Part shown: positions 33,650 to 48,056 of the stretch, in pieces
How positions within the stretch are numbered: the first letter of the stretch is position 1
Layout: each line of letters opens with the position of its first letter
From: the human T2T-CHM13v2.0 reference genome, Homo sapiens
Assembly (NCBI RefSeq): GCF_009914755.1
Contig: NC_060928.1
Direction: 5' to 3' (one strand)
Length of the DNA: 64,000 nt
The notes under the pieces: model-generated
Told to the model about the DNA's origin: nothing
Databases searched by the model: none
What the model saw: only the letters and a program-made list of their open reading frames with translations
Made by a program: the position numbers and the translations under genes

Positions 33650-34210
33650 AACCTTTTTGAGACATAATTCACATATTATAAAGTTCACCTGCCTATAGTA
33701 TACAATGATTTTTAGTATATTCATGGAGTAGTGCAACTATCACCACGATCAATTTTGAAACATGTCATCACCACCCCACCCCCAGAAAAATAAACCTCAT
33801 GCCCATTAACAGTCATTCTCTGTTCCTCTCTTGCCCCAGCTCCTGGCAACCACTTATCTACTTTCTGTCCCTACAGATTTGCTGATTCTGGACATTTCAT
33901 ATAAATAGAACCATATACTGTGTGGCTTTTGGTGGCAAGTTTCTTGCACTTAACGTAGTGTTTTCAAGGTTTATCCATGTTGAAGTAGCATATATCAGTA
34001 CTTTATTTCTTTTTTATTGCCAAGTTATATTCCACTGTATGGCTATACCACATTTTATTTATCCATTCTTTAGTTGGTGGACATCTGAGTTGCTTCTACT
34101 TTTTTGGCTATTATGAATAGTGCTGTTGTGAATATTCATGTACATTTTGTTTGTGTGGACATAAGCTTTTAATTCTCTTAGGCATATATCTAGGAGTGAA
34201 ATTGCTGGAG
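33650..34210 (-). mobile_element. L1MB-like 3' end
   Basis: TGAGACATAATTCACAT, CCTGGCAACCAC, TTCTGGACATTTCATATAAAT, CTAGGAGTGAAATTGCTGG. Confidence 0.88.
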
Positions 34211-35469
34211 AGAAAGGCAATTTTAATTTAGAAATCTCTACATTATTTGCTTTTATATTTAAAGTCATCTTATTAATGGTATATATCTGGCTTGGCTGGT
34301 AATTCTGGGTCCTGTATCAAACCTCCGCCTTACAATCCCCATCCATGTTGTGAGCCGGTAGGTGAACCACAGAAAATTGAAATGTACTACTGGGTTAGTC
34401 TCTTTGAACAGGGTCATACTTACATTGAATTCACTCTGATTTATTATTTTGCTACTGCACTTGGAACACAGACAGTATTCACTAAGAATTGGAACTATAG
34501 ACTAGAAACAGAGGTTCCCTGTTTTCATTAGTCAACTCTCAAAGGATGGAAGCAGCCAATTTCAGACTATTCTAGGGCTCTTGCTCTCTTAGTTGCTTGC
34601 CATCCTTCTTTCTTTTGGCCTTTTTGCATTTCATTAGTGTCACTTACAGAGCTAAGAGAACACAGATAATTCATCCAAAGTATTTTTATAGTCTTTAGGT
34701 GAAAAGAACTTTTAATATGTGTGTCATCTTGGTTTCTATGTCCCTTGTAAATTATGTTGTTTACCCTGAAACTATGAAGAAGCTGCAGTTGACTTCCTTC
34801 AACCTAATCTTAGCTTCTAGTATTGTGCTATTGGAGTTATTATTGAGGATGATAAAAAGAGTGTATAGTATTGAAGGCAAATTGTTTAAGTGTGTAAATT
34901 ATAATTTGTTTTTTTTAAAGGGGGTTCACTAACAGACTAAGGACCATCAGAAAGATTTTTTTAAATAGACCATATTTTTAGCAACGTTACACATAGTTGT
35001 AGTGGTTATGACTTTGCAAAATAAACATCGTCTTAGAATTGAGGTCCTAGAATTAATGGACTTAAGTCTGATTTTTAATGGGCCAAAGCTATTTAAACTG
35101 TACATGCATTAACAATTTTCTTAGTGGCATGTATACTTGAGTAGGAGGTTATAAAGAGTAGACAATGAGAATGATGCTGTTTGACTTTTAAAGGGAACAT
35201 TGTTTCATTGGAGAGGAATAAAATATGGACTTCTCTTTAAGCAAGGCAGTTTGCATTTCTGTTGGCCAGATTTCTTGAGAATGTGATAAAGCATTAGCCC
35301 CACCATTTCCAGCATCCTCCATTTAATTCTTCTTAGACTCTTTTCCACAGAATGAAATTGATTGATTCATGGCTGAGGGTTTGAAAAGAGAGCCTTGGGG
35401 AAAATTTTAAGAAGTGTTCCAGGAGGCCATAAAGACTGTTGACAGGTGGCCAAGCCCAGGAAAAAAGTA

Positions 35470-35705
35470 TTAGTAATAACAACAGCTCACCCTACATAGC
35501 TCTTAATCATATGTCAGGCAGTGCACTAAACACGTTACATGTACTAACTCATGTGATTCTCACAACAATCCTATGAGGTCAAAACTTGTTTTTATCCCCA
35601 ATTTAGATGAAGGAATTAGGGCACAAATAGGTTAAGGCAATTGTTCAAGGTCACACAGCCACAATGTGAGCCCAGGTGGTCTAGTTCCAGAGTCAGTACT
35701 AACCA
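35470..35705 (-). mobile_element. MIR SINE
   Basis: ATGTCAGGCAGTGCACTAAAC...CTCACAACAATCCTATGAGGT...CAAGGTCACACAGC. Confidence 0.8.
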
Positions 35706-36533
35706 CTAAGTGTGCAGATTACTAGAAACTTGGAGACACTCCAACTCCTGAATATGGTGCCTAGCCAGGGCTCTGGAGGAAGCAGGCAGGGCAGGGCCCA
35801 GGTCCCTGCCAGCACTTTGCCAAAATGAACTGGTGAACTGAGGCACTGTCATGACCTTTGCTGCTTGAATAATTTCAGACGGCAAAAGAAGCCCAGTCAT
35901 GTGAAATTCCTTTGTGGCTAGAAGATGTCAACAGGCACAGATCTAGCTCATCTTTCAAGATATGCAATTTTTTTTCTTAACAGAATGAATGCTCCTGTAT
36001 ATAATATTGTCCTTTATGGTGGCTGGTTCATAGAAACTGACAAAGAAGTCAAATTAAGAGCAGTTAAAAGTTAAAGATGTAAAAGTTAAGTCACAAGACC
36101 CAAGTAGAGTGAGAAGAAGGTAATTTGTGTGTCTGTTTAATCCCTGGCATGACCTTTAATCTCTGCTACTTAAAAATTACAGATGCAATCTTAACTATGG
36201 CATAATGAAACAAAGACCACCACTTCTTTTTTCTTTCTGCTTTTTGAAGTTGCGCAGATGTCAGAGGAAGATAAATAAATACTGTTAACAGCTTCTGGAA
36301 GCATAATGTGCTTTGAAAGAGTGAGTCAAAGCTCGAGCCAGGGTTTATGGCCTCAGCAAGTCGAGGTTTTCCTGATGACAAAATGAGGCCTTGGGGTTTT
36401 GGAGGAAGCTTTCTTGAAGAATGAGCACAGCCAAGAATGGTGCTACACTTGGGACTCTCCTTTGTCAATAGAAAAAGACAAAGGACCCGTTTATAAAATG
36501 GATATCAAGTAGCAGATTAGAGGGACATAGTTG

Positions 36534-37404
36534 TGTCACCGGTATGATGGTCGTAACTGCAAGTTGTCCAGGTTCTTGGTGTTTTGAACAAAGAATTGGA
36601 CAAAACGCCCAGCAAAGCAAAGAAAGAATGAGGCAACAAAAGAACAAAAGCAGGGATTTATTGAAAACGAAAGTACCCTCCACAGTGTGGGGGCGGGCTG
36701 AGCAGCAGCTCAAGGGCCTGGATATAGAATCTTCTTGGGTCCAAATACTCCCTAGAAGTTTCCCATTGGCCACTTCATGCTCACTTCATGTAAATGAAGT
36801 GGTAGCATGCAATCAGTCTGATTGGTTACAGAAAGCCAACCAGAGGCTGAAGTGAAGTTACAAAGGTCACACTCCTGTGCAAACATCTGGTTGGTTGCAA
36901 AAAGCAACCAATCAGAGGCTAGAGTGAAGTTACAAAGTTATACTTCTATGAAAAGGAAGACTTAGCCGGCAATCAGTCTGACTGGTTGTGGACAGCAACC
37001 ATTCAGAGGCTGGAGTGGAGTTACAAAATTACAAATGAAGACTTGACCGGCAATCAGTCTGATTTGTTGTGGACAGCCAGTTTCCCATCTGACATGCAGA
37101 AAAGGCAGGGGGTTTGCAAAGGGAGTAGCTTCTGGTCTTTTTGTATTTTTTTTTCTTTTTTTTAGTAGAGACGGGAGTTTTCACCATGTTAGCCAGGATG
37201 GTCTCAATCTCCTGACCTCGTGATCTGCCTGTCTCGGCCTGTCAAAGTGCTGGGATTACAGGTGTGAGCCACCGCACCCGGCTGCTTCTGGTCCTTTTAT
37301 TACTTAGGCATGAAAAGTTAGGGTTTTCCTTTCAATTTAGTCCTAGGAAGTTGGCGTGAAACAGCCTTAGGTTCCCTGCCTCCAGACCCTATTCTCCTGC
37401 CTCA
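36534..37404 (-). mobile_element. MER51 (ERV1) solo LTR
   Basis: Reverse complement starts TGAGGCAGGAGAATAGGGTCTGGAGGCAGGGAACCTAAGGC; internal CCAAT-containing repeats; 4-bp TSD GTTG at 36530-36533 and 37405-37408. Confidence 0.9.
37143..37283 (-). mobile_element. Alu left monomer only (AluY-like)
   Basis: Ends at the A-rich linker; TSD GCTTCTGGTC(T/C)TTTT. Confidence 0.9.
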
Positions 37405-37849
37405 GTTGAATTGTATTTCAGCAATTGAAATCAGCTAATCGAGGACAGACACCTCATATATGTTACCCACCTACTCTCCCTAATATGTAGAATGCCTATA
37501 TATAAAAATAATAGCAAGAAACAATAATTACAACTTATTGACACCATGTGTGCCCTGTACTAGCATCACCTCCATTTTATGTGGGAAAGAACTGTGTTGG
37601 AGGGTGAAGTCACTAGCCCATATTACACAAGTCTTTTAACTACAGAGTCAGCTTTCTTAACCACTGGAGCCCATTGGGGTTGGAATAAGGCTTTGGAATA
37701 TCTTCTGGGGTTAACGGGGGAATTCTTGAAAGTTTTCTCAATAGGAAAGTCACGAAAAAGTGGTATCGCTGCTGGAAGGCAGGATGGTTTGGCAACTTTT
37801 GAACTGTGGTCTGACTGTGAAGTGATAAGAGTCTGAATTAATATGCTCA

Positions 37850-38050
37850 ATTAGAGTCAAAAGGAGAGGCAAGATGGAAGACTCCCTGAGAAGGAATGGG
37901 TGATCCTTGAGACATGGGCACTGACCAGATGTGGGAATTAGGGAAAGGAGGGAGTCAAAGATGAATCCAAGATCTCCAGAGTAGTGTTAGAATGCTTGTG
38001 CCATGAATAGAAATGGGGAAATAGGAGATTAAGCCAATTTGGAAAGACTT
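37850..38050 (-). mobile_element. L2 fragment
   Basis: GGAGGGAGTCAAAGATGAATCCAAGATCTC...GAAATGGGGAA. Confidence 0.6.
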
Positions 38051-38069
38051 CTTGGCCTGTGTTGGTGGC

Positions 38070-38540
38070 AGGGCACTGCCCCACAAAGCATACTGGTTAG
38101 TGGGAAATGTGGCAGCTCTTTCTTCATTGTCAGAGCCTTTGTTTTACTACACAGAAGCTTAAAACGCTGGATGCTTGCTTTCCTAGACTCCCTTGCATGT
38201 GACTGAGATCCAGTCATGAGGCACAGGTGGATACTTATTGGAAAGATTTTTCTCTCTGATAATAAAAAGTCTAGCAAGAAAAACCTCTTCCTGCTTTGGG
38301 TTTCAAATGCAAGGATACCATGATGTCATGCGAGGAGCTGCTGCAGCCATTTTGCAGTCTTGAGGGACAGACCAAGAAAATTAGGGGAAGCTGACTCAGA
38401 GCCCTGACACTGGGGAGCCCCTGAAACAACACCAGGACCGTCTGCCTCTCTTATGTGAAAAAAGCACCCCCCAACCCTGGTCAAGCCATTTTTAGATGAG
38501 TTATTTTGTGATTTGCAGCCAGAGCATCCAAATTGATGCA
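38070..38540 (+). mobile_element. MLT1J/K-like LTR
   Basis: GGAGCTGCTGCAGCCATTTTG, GAGCCCTGAC, TTTGCAGCCAGAGCATCC...TGATGCA. Confidence 0.65.
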
Positions 38541-39643
38541 GACTTTGTGCAGGTCACAGATCACCTTGATCTGAGCTTTGCTGTGTTTTCTATTTTGGAT
38601 ATTAATTTTGGAAAAACACCATGTGGGAAATGATCATCACAATTGCCCACTGAAGCCTCCAAAATAGTAAGAGTTCCAGAAAGAGAGAGAGAGAATGCAC
38701 TTTGGATACCATTTCTAGAAAATGAGGGCTTTTTAACAAAAGTCTGTAAAGGCCGAACAGCCTGGCCCAGATCTTAGGCCCGCTTTGCTGCTAGGTGAGA
38801 GCCTCTGTTAGGTTTCAATAGTGCAATGTGCTTCTCAAATGACAACGGGGCCCATTAGTAAATTAAACATTCCCATAGCCCCTAGATACAAACTGGGCGA
38901 AAGAAGTATTTTCCGTTTTCAGAACTGCTGCTCTTTTCATTTGCTTCTTCCCACCTTCCTTGACATTTGCTGGTGTCTGCTGCCAGGAAGGCATGTTTAG
39001 CTCAGTGATGGATGTGCACTAATGAGAATTAGCCTGCTTTGTGGAGCTTTTGAATCAGAGCAAGTATGCTGTTCTGAAGGGCTGAATGACTGGTTGATTG
39101 AAAAGTAATTGATTGCAGAATTTCAAAATGAGATTCAAAAGGTACATTACAAACTAGATTTCACAAAAGCCAACTTTCTTTGTCATGTTCTTCTTTTCGG
39201 TCATTTTATCCTTTTTAAGTTTACAAAATTATTTTAGAATTTAGTACCAACTTCACCATCTGATTCCTGAAGCTTGGGGTATTATATACATATAAAGTTT
39301 ATGATAAATTCTCATGATAAGGAAAAAAAACCCTATGCTACATAGATTCTAGTCCTGACTCCGCATTAATAACTGCCACTCAGGGAAAATTGTTTAACTT
39401 TTCTGAGCTCCCATTGTTGTTGATAAAAATGTTTGAATAAATCATGCATGAGATCCTATACACGTGAACTTAGACTTTCTATGGTAAGACACAGATTCTC
39501 ATATTCTACATGGTATTGGGCTGGGGGTCTTCCCTATGCTCCTCTCTGAGAAAACACTCCTGCAGACAGAGAGCAGGCAAAGAAGCCTCTTGCTAGAGGA
39601 GTAATCTCAACAAAATTTGGTTTTGATCGTGGGATTCTGGGTG

Positions 39644-40144
<501 letters not shown>

Positions 40145-40427
40145 GATTCTGAGAGGAATAATTGATGGTAATGGCCTGAGCCTAAATTGCTCAAAATAAG
40201 CAAAGAGGAGCTGCAGAGGATTCTTAGGTCTTGATAGATATGGTGTCCTGGGAGGGGCTGAGTAGGTTCGGCTAAAGGTGAGGGGAGTGAAGGGACTAAG
40301 ATACATATTAGGAGCCTGGCTAGGACGAGAACCCTCCCTCCTTTCTTCCTCACGCATTCTTAAGTATCTCCTCTACCCACTTTGCTTTTATAAACCTTAA
40401 TTAGCTTTAACGTAAAGTGAAAATATT

Positions 40428-40812
<385 letters not shown>

Positions 40813-41928
40813 TTATTTTTCTCATTCTCCCTGCTCACGGCCCCCTCCCTAATTCAATTAATATCTGCTGGTGTGTGCCCCAGATTGATTTTTTTTTTTT
40901 TTGCCCTCTGTGGACTAGTTATTTCTCAACAGAAAAATGATTGCCAAATTTCTGAAATTCTTTTCTAAACTTCTGAACCTTTTCAGGTGTTATTTATGCT
41001 CATCATTCAGTTGTTTGTACATTCTTCACTCACATAGCAAATCTTTAGGAAGTAAAAGAATTGCACTAGGGTTTTACCCTGGTATGTAGCTGTGTGGAGC
41101 ACTTCAGAGGCAGAATTAACATTGTGCGCTACTAGTTTTATTCCTGTTTGTCAAACAAGATCACTTAACACCTCTGCATTGGGTAACCATGCTTTCCCAT
41201 GAAGCGAGAGGACTGCTGAGCTTGAGCAATGGCGGGGACCTCTCCCAGATGGTAAGTGTTTTAGGGCACAAGGTCATTATATTAAAAGTAGCAAGAGAAT
41301 GAACGGGAATCAGGCGGAACATACTGATACTGACACATGTGTGGCACAAGAAATTGCTAAGGTAGGTGCCTGATCGTAAGGGGGTGTCCCCTCCAAATAT
41401 TGGCACTTGAAAGCAGCCACAAAACCTGGTATTTTAGTTATTTATCCTGAGGGTGAGTAGTGGGAGGGACCTTTCGTGGTACCCTCTGTGTGGTGCTTGC
41501 TGTGGTCCTTGTGTTGTAGCCTTTGATGTCCAATGTGCAAGATACAGAATTTGGCAAATAGAGGTCGTTTGTCAAGGTTGGTTCTAAAGGGGCTGCCTAA
41601 GTTTGTCATCTATGCAACATAATTCAAAGGCCTGTTCTGTTAAAAAACAAACAAACAAACAAACTCTTAACTACCTCAGAACCACGAGTGAATGCAGAAC
41701 ATTTATTCAGAACAGCTTTCTTCTATTTAGGCACCAAGGCTACTAAAAAGAAAATGATGGCCCCACCATCTGGGAGCTTACAAAATTAAGCAGATGGTTA
41801 AAATGCAGTGTAACAAGAGGTGTGGTGATAGATCACACTGGGTTAGGAGCCTGCTGGAGGCACGCAGTACACTGAGGACTTCCGCAAAGAGAGAAGCCTG
41901 TAGACGCAGGAGATTGTAAGCGTGGACA

Positions 41929-42362
41929 CTGTAAAAGCTGCTATTGGTGCCATGCCCAGGTCCCCTTAACTGGATTGGTATCCCCAGCTGTAAGCTGTTG
42001 TATTGGCTGCTGAGGCTCACAGCTGCACTCTCTTGTGGAAAATTGTGTTCTGCTGAAAGGAGCAAAAAAAATGAGGTTACATACCTTCCCCCCAGGGATG
42101 GCCTAGAACCAATGACTGATCAATAAGAAAGTACAAAAATCTGGCCTTCTTGCATCAAAGCAGACAACTCTGTGTGCCCTTCCTGCTCCAGAGATCTGAT
42201 GCAATCAGGCTGAGAACAGACTTCAGCTGGAACCACATTTTCACTTCTGTGCCTTTCTGCTTCCTTCATTGCCCTATAGGATTCTCCCAAGAACATCCCT
42301 CAGTACATCGCTTGTAATGAATCCCTGTCTCTGACTCTGCTCCTAGGAAACCCCTGATAGCA
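41929..42362 (+). mobile_element. ERVL LTR (LTR16C-like)
   Basis: GCCCAGGTCCCCTT, GCTCACAGCTGC, CCAATGACTGA, ATCAGGCTGAG...CTTCAGCTGGAACCAC, CCCTGTCTCTGACTCTGCTCCTAGGAAACCC. Confidence 0.72.
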
Positions 42363-43459
42363 GAGAAGCAGAAGTTGAGCTATTCTGGTGTTCAGGGCTC
42401 ATTTTTCCTGATGTGGGGAGAGGGAATAGACGAAGTGGTTGGGAACATTGGTGAAGGTCTGATGTGAGGCATGTGAGCAATGTGGAGAATGGGAGCAGTG
42501 TCTGATATCAACTTAGGTGAGAGACTACCATATGTGTATGGCACCAGTCTGTATTGTGGTATCATTTTCTTCAGCACTCAGCAGCCTGGGGTATAAAAAC
42601 ACAGACATAGATGACACAAGGTTGTAGTTCTGGCAGGCGGATGCCATAGGAAGTCAAGGAACCAGGCACGACAAGAAAGGACTTGAAGATAGGAAGGAAT
42701 GACTAGTTTGAGAGAAAATGGAGGTGTCAGTGGACCAAAGCTGTTCATACAATGGAAGAATATGTGTGATGACCAAAATACAGGTAACAAGTGTCAAGAT
42801 TAGGAGGCTAGGCTAGTGTGTTGAGAGTTTGGAACAGGAGAACTTAAGATTTGAAGGTTTAAGCATTTCTGCCTAATGACATGTCTAGGATATGCCACAG
42901 CACAGGTGTGTGAGTGAATTGGAGGGTGTGCTTCTGGGGTGAGGAGGGCAGGGCACTGCAGTGTTAGGGAGCTGGATGGGCCATCCTCTTGGACACTGCC
43001 AGCACTGAGCCACAGTAGTGGTCCAAGGAATTCACACTGCACATGCAGCTGTTACCTGCCCCAAGTCCCAGAGATGCCATCACTTCCTGTGTCAGGCCTT
43101 CGTGGAGCAGGTGTCCCTAATGAAGGCAGTGGGCAAAGACAAATGACTTGGAGGTATGGAATTTCCCAAGGAGACCCTTTTGTGGTGGTATAGAAACCAA
43201 ACCACTTGTTAACAGGTTAAATATTTCCCATCTTTCTGTTTTCATGCTGACATAGGTGTTCTTGGACTCATTGACCCTCCTGGTAAATCTCCCAGTCAGG
43301 AGAGTTCCACCCTTATTGGATCTCATTCCATCATCCTCCTATGTATTTCGACTTGCTGTCCTTGTCTCCTAATCATCTCAATGACCCAGGCATTGAAGAA
43401 TGAAGAGTGCCATGATATTGTAAGAGAAGCAGTTTGATGTAGTAGACAGGGTCATGCTT

Positions 43460-43780
43460 TTCCTTCTGCCTGGATTGTTCCCTATTCCCTTCCTCATTCA
43501 GTCAATTCTTACTCATCCTTTCCATTTGGCTTAAATGTCTCTCTTCTCCCCAGAGTATTTCAGAGTCCACTTCTGTATTATATACTCTCAAAGCACCTTA
43601 TTCCCCTTTGTGACTCTTATCACAATTATAATTAAACAAACAAAAAGATTATTTCATTGCTTAAGGTCTATCTGACTTGATAGCATGTAACCTCTATAAG
43701 GATAAGGCTGTCTGTGTTATCCCTAGCTGCTAGCATGGTGCCTTACATAAAGAATGTGCTTAATAAATATTTGTAGAACA
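43460..43780 (+). mobile_element. L2 3' fragment
   Basis: CTTCTGCCTGGA...CTTACTCATCCTT...CTAGCATGGTGCCTTACATAAAGAATGTGCTTAATAAATATTTGT. Confidence 0.7.
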
Positions 43781-44117
43781 AATAAGAGACGTATATGGAA
43801 CTGAGAGTCCATTTCTGTTTTAAGGCATGTTCCTATTTAGCTGTGTGATCTTGGACAAGTCACTTCAGCTCTCTGAGCAAAATAACTTCTTACTCACTTT
43901 AACATTGTATGATTTCTGATTTCACAGTCTATCAGCCAAACACCTTAACAACTCTTAATCCCAACAGTATGTCTGGGCTAACTAAAAGCATTCATCTGGA
44001 ACTTCTTAAAGTAGCTTGTTCCTAGAGAAACTATTTTTCCTTGTGTTTCAGTAATCTCTTTCTAAGTAAAAAATAATTCCCACATTTAGTGGCTTAAAAC
44101 AATAATTTGCTCTCTCA

Positions 44118-44780
<663 letters not shown>

Positions 44781-45044
44781 CAGCTCTCTCCTTCTGTGTC
44801 AATTATAGTTTGTTCTCTTGCCTCTAGTCATACAAAGTTGTATTTCCCTGGATTGTGAGACAGAAAAATCTAATTCTATATGATCAGAGATAGGCTGTTG
44901 CTTTGGGCAGGTTTTTATTTCATGTTTATAGATTAAGAGTTTGCACTTTCAGTTCCCAGGGAGTTCACACAGATGGGGTGACTGCTTTGTCTTAATTGCA
45001 ATTGTCATGATGTATGCGTACTTTCCTAGAACTGGACTGAGGCT

Positions 45045-45190
45045 CAGATGGATAGATAGTTCAAGGAAGATAGATTAACAGAGAGAGGGAGGGAGAAAGA
45101 AAGAGAGAGAGAATAGATTAAATGGATGGATGGATGGTTAGATTAACAGACGGACAAAATAAATGGATGATGATAGGAGGAGGAGAGAGC
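45045..45190. repeat. GA/(TGGA)-rich low-complexity tract
   Basis: GGATAGATAG, (GA)n, (TGGA)n. Confidence 0.7.
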
Positions 45191-45889
45191 TCGTCCTCTT
45201 TGAGGCAGTGTATAAGGAGGACTGGTTGACTTTTTCTTTCTTTGTGAATCACAAACAGAGTTTAGAAGTGGTATGTTTTCATTAACGCTACCTTAATTAA
45301 TATCCCCTTAATCATCAAGTATATTCCATTTTGACAAAATAGAAACTGAATTCCTTCTTATCTCCCAAAGGCAATGGAAAGGCTAGAGAGAGCTGGCACT
45401 GTGCTATTACAAGCAGATGAGAGGCATATTTGCTGAATAACGAGAGTAGCTAACAGTACTGAACTTTGCCCTTTTGGTGTGGGACTCTTTCTTTCCTGAA
45501 TGTTCAATAATGTCTGGCTCTTTTCCTTTGTGTTCTGGTTTTATGCAAACACAAATTACACTCTTGTTGACTTCACTGTAACCCATGAAATTAAAGAAGG
45601 GGAAATTGGAGTCCTATAGAAGGCAGTTTCACCAGTCCTGCCTCTTGGATTTGTGCGATGGAAACTGAGAACAGCTGTATTTTTCTAACCAATTTTATGA
45701 GAAAAGAAGTGTCCCCAGCAGTAATCAGCACAGGCACATGATAGGAACAGACAGAGATGCTGCTTTAAAATCATATATTCTAGAGCTGAAAGCCATCTAA
45801 GAGAGCATCCAATTCTCCCTCATTGTATAAATGAAGAAAGTAACTAAAACTCGGAGGTACCTGTTCACACTTCTTGAGTATATACTAAT

Positions 45890-46110
45890 TATGGGAAGCA
45901 ACGTGGCATCACAGAAATACCACAGGCCTTGTGGAAGTCTGTGTGGGAATCATAGCTCTGCCACTTCCTAGCTGCTGTGGCTATTGGGCAAATTATATTA
46001 TCTCTTTGAGCCTTCTCTCATCTGTCCCTGCTTCATGGGCTGGTTATAAGAATCACATGATATAAAATATAAAGCCCTGGCACAAAGTAGATAGTTAATA
46101 AATAGTAGTT
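45890..46110 (+). mobile_element. MIR SINE
   Basis: GCTCTGCCACTTCCTAGCTG...TTGGGCAAATT...CCTGGCACAAAGTAG...AATAAAT. Confidence 0.7.
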
Positions 46111-46649
46111 ATGATTAGCTCGCTTTTGTTGCTAGTGACAATACAGAGTAAAAACCATCTCAGCAAATACTTAGAATAGGATTTTAAAATGTCAACCAAT
46201 GGCAAACTTGTTTGAAGTAAATTTCAATATACTGAAATTCCAATATAATTCAGGGAAACAAACATTTTTATATAAAATATTGTGCTATACACTAGAGTTA
46301 GTTCAAAAATAAGAACAAGATCTGGGTTCTGCTTTTAAGGAAATGAGAGTAGACATGCACGCTAGGCTGCCTTTCAGTGAGGGCCGTGGGACGGGCCACT
46401 GGGGAGGAGGGGACATGGGTCTCTGGGTGCACAGAAGAGGTTCTTCCTGGACAAGGAGCTCAGGGAAGTCTTCACAGAGAAAGTAACATTCGAGAGGTTT
46501 TTAGAAGGGTCTAGAAAAACAGATTGAGGGACATTCTTATTGAAGGGGGCCCCATAATTACAAATACAAAGTATATTTAGATTTAACCAACTCCTCTGTT
46601 TAAATGAGCATAGAATATGTGAAGGGCAAAGCTTAAAATAAAAATGATA

Positions 46650-46845
46650 GCTACCACTTACGGAATTCACTCATGTATTCACTCTTTTGCTCGTTGTGCA
46701 ACTCTGTGAGGTAGATTATTATCTCCATTTTGCCAAAGAGGAGACAGGCATGGGCAGGTTAAATGTGTTGCCTAAAGGCCTCACAGCTGGTAAGCAGTAC
46801 CAAACTTGAATTCAGGTCATCTGACTTCAGAGTCCATGCTCCAGT
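46650..46845 (-). mobile_element. MIR SINE
   Basis: CAACTCTGTGAGGTAGATTATTATCTCCATTTTG...CACAGCTGGTAAG...TCTGACTTCAGAGTCCATGCT. Confidence 0.75.
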
Positions 46846-46857
46846 TCGGACATTAGA

Positions 46858-47200
46858 CAGTGAGCTTGACTTTTTCTGCTAGCCGCTCCAGATCTATACC
46901 CTCCTCTTCTCCCTGCTGCTCGGGGACCCAGGATGCTGAGCTGTGTGGGCTCTGTCAGCATGCTCCCTTGGCCCTGGTTTCCCGTCATAATAATGGAGGG
47001 AAATGGGAGATGGGGCCTCAGGTTTGCCAGGGCTGTATCCCTTTGTTAGAGGACACAGCTCCTGTTGGCCAGCCGCTCTTGCAGCTACAGGTCTCCCTGT
47101 GTTGAAAAACTCTTCTGTCTCCTTGTCCCAGGACAGCTAATGCTAGCCTCAGAACACTTCACCATCTCATGTTGGTTCCTTTAACCCTGTCCCTGTCTCA
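46858..47200 (+). mobile_element. LTR33-like ERVL LTR
   Basis: CTCCAGATCTATACCCTCC, GCTCCCTTGGCCCTGG, CACAGCTCCTGT, GGTTCCTTTAACCCTG. Confidence 0.55.
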
Positions 47201-47476
47201 GTGAAGATCGGAATTTGGGGGTTATAGGATAATCTGTTCAGCTTTAGTGGATACTACCAAATAGTTTCCCAAAGTGGTTATACCATTTTTTTTCCTACTA
47301 GCAGTGTAGGAAAGTTTCAGTTGCTTCCCCCTTTTGCCAACTCTTGGTATTTTCTGTCCTTTTCATTTTAGCCATTCTAGTGGGTACACAGTAGTATCTC
47401 ATTTGTGATTTCAGTTTTCATTTCTCTGAGAACTATGGAAGTTGGATACCTTTTCGTGCGTTCATTGGCCATTTGA

Positions 47477-47846
<370 letters not shown>

Positions 47847-48056
47847 TTTTTGCCCATTTTTAAATTAGATTGTCTTTTCTTTTGGATTATGAAGTTATTT
47901 ATAGATTATGAGTAAAGTCCTCTGGCAGAGATATGTATTACAAATATCTTCACTCTGAGGCTTGCCTTTTCGTTCTCTTAAGCATATATCTTTTGATGAA
48001 GAGATGTTTTTAATTTTAATATACTCTATATATTTTGTTTCTTTGTGTTACTATTT

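Noticed and set aside
36790-37080. CRISPR-like repeat-spacer pattern
   Set aside because: These are imperfect internal tandem units of the MER51 LTR in a eukaryotic context, with no cas genes.
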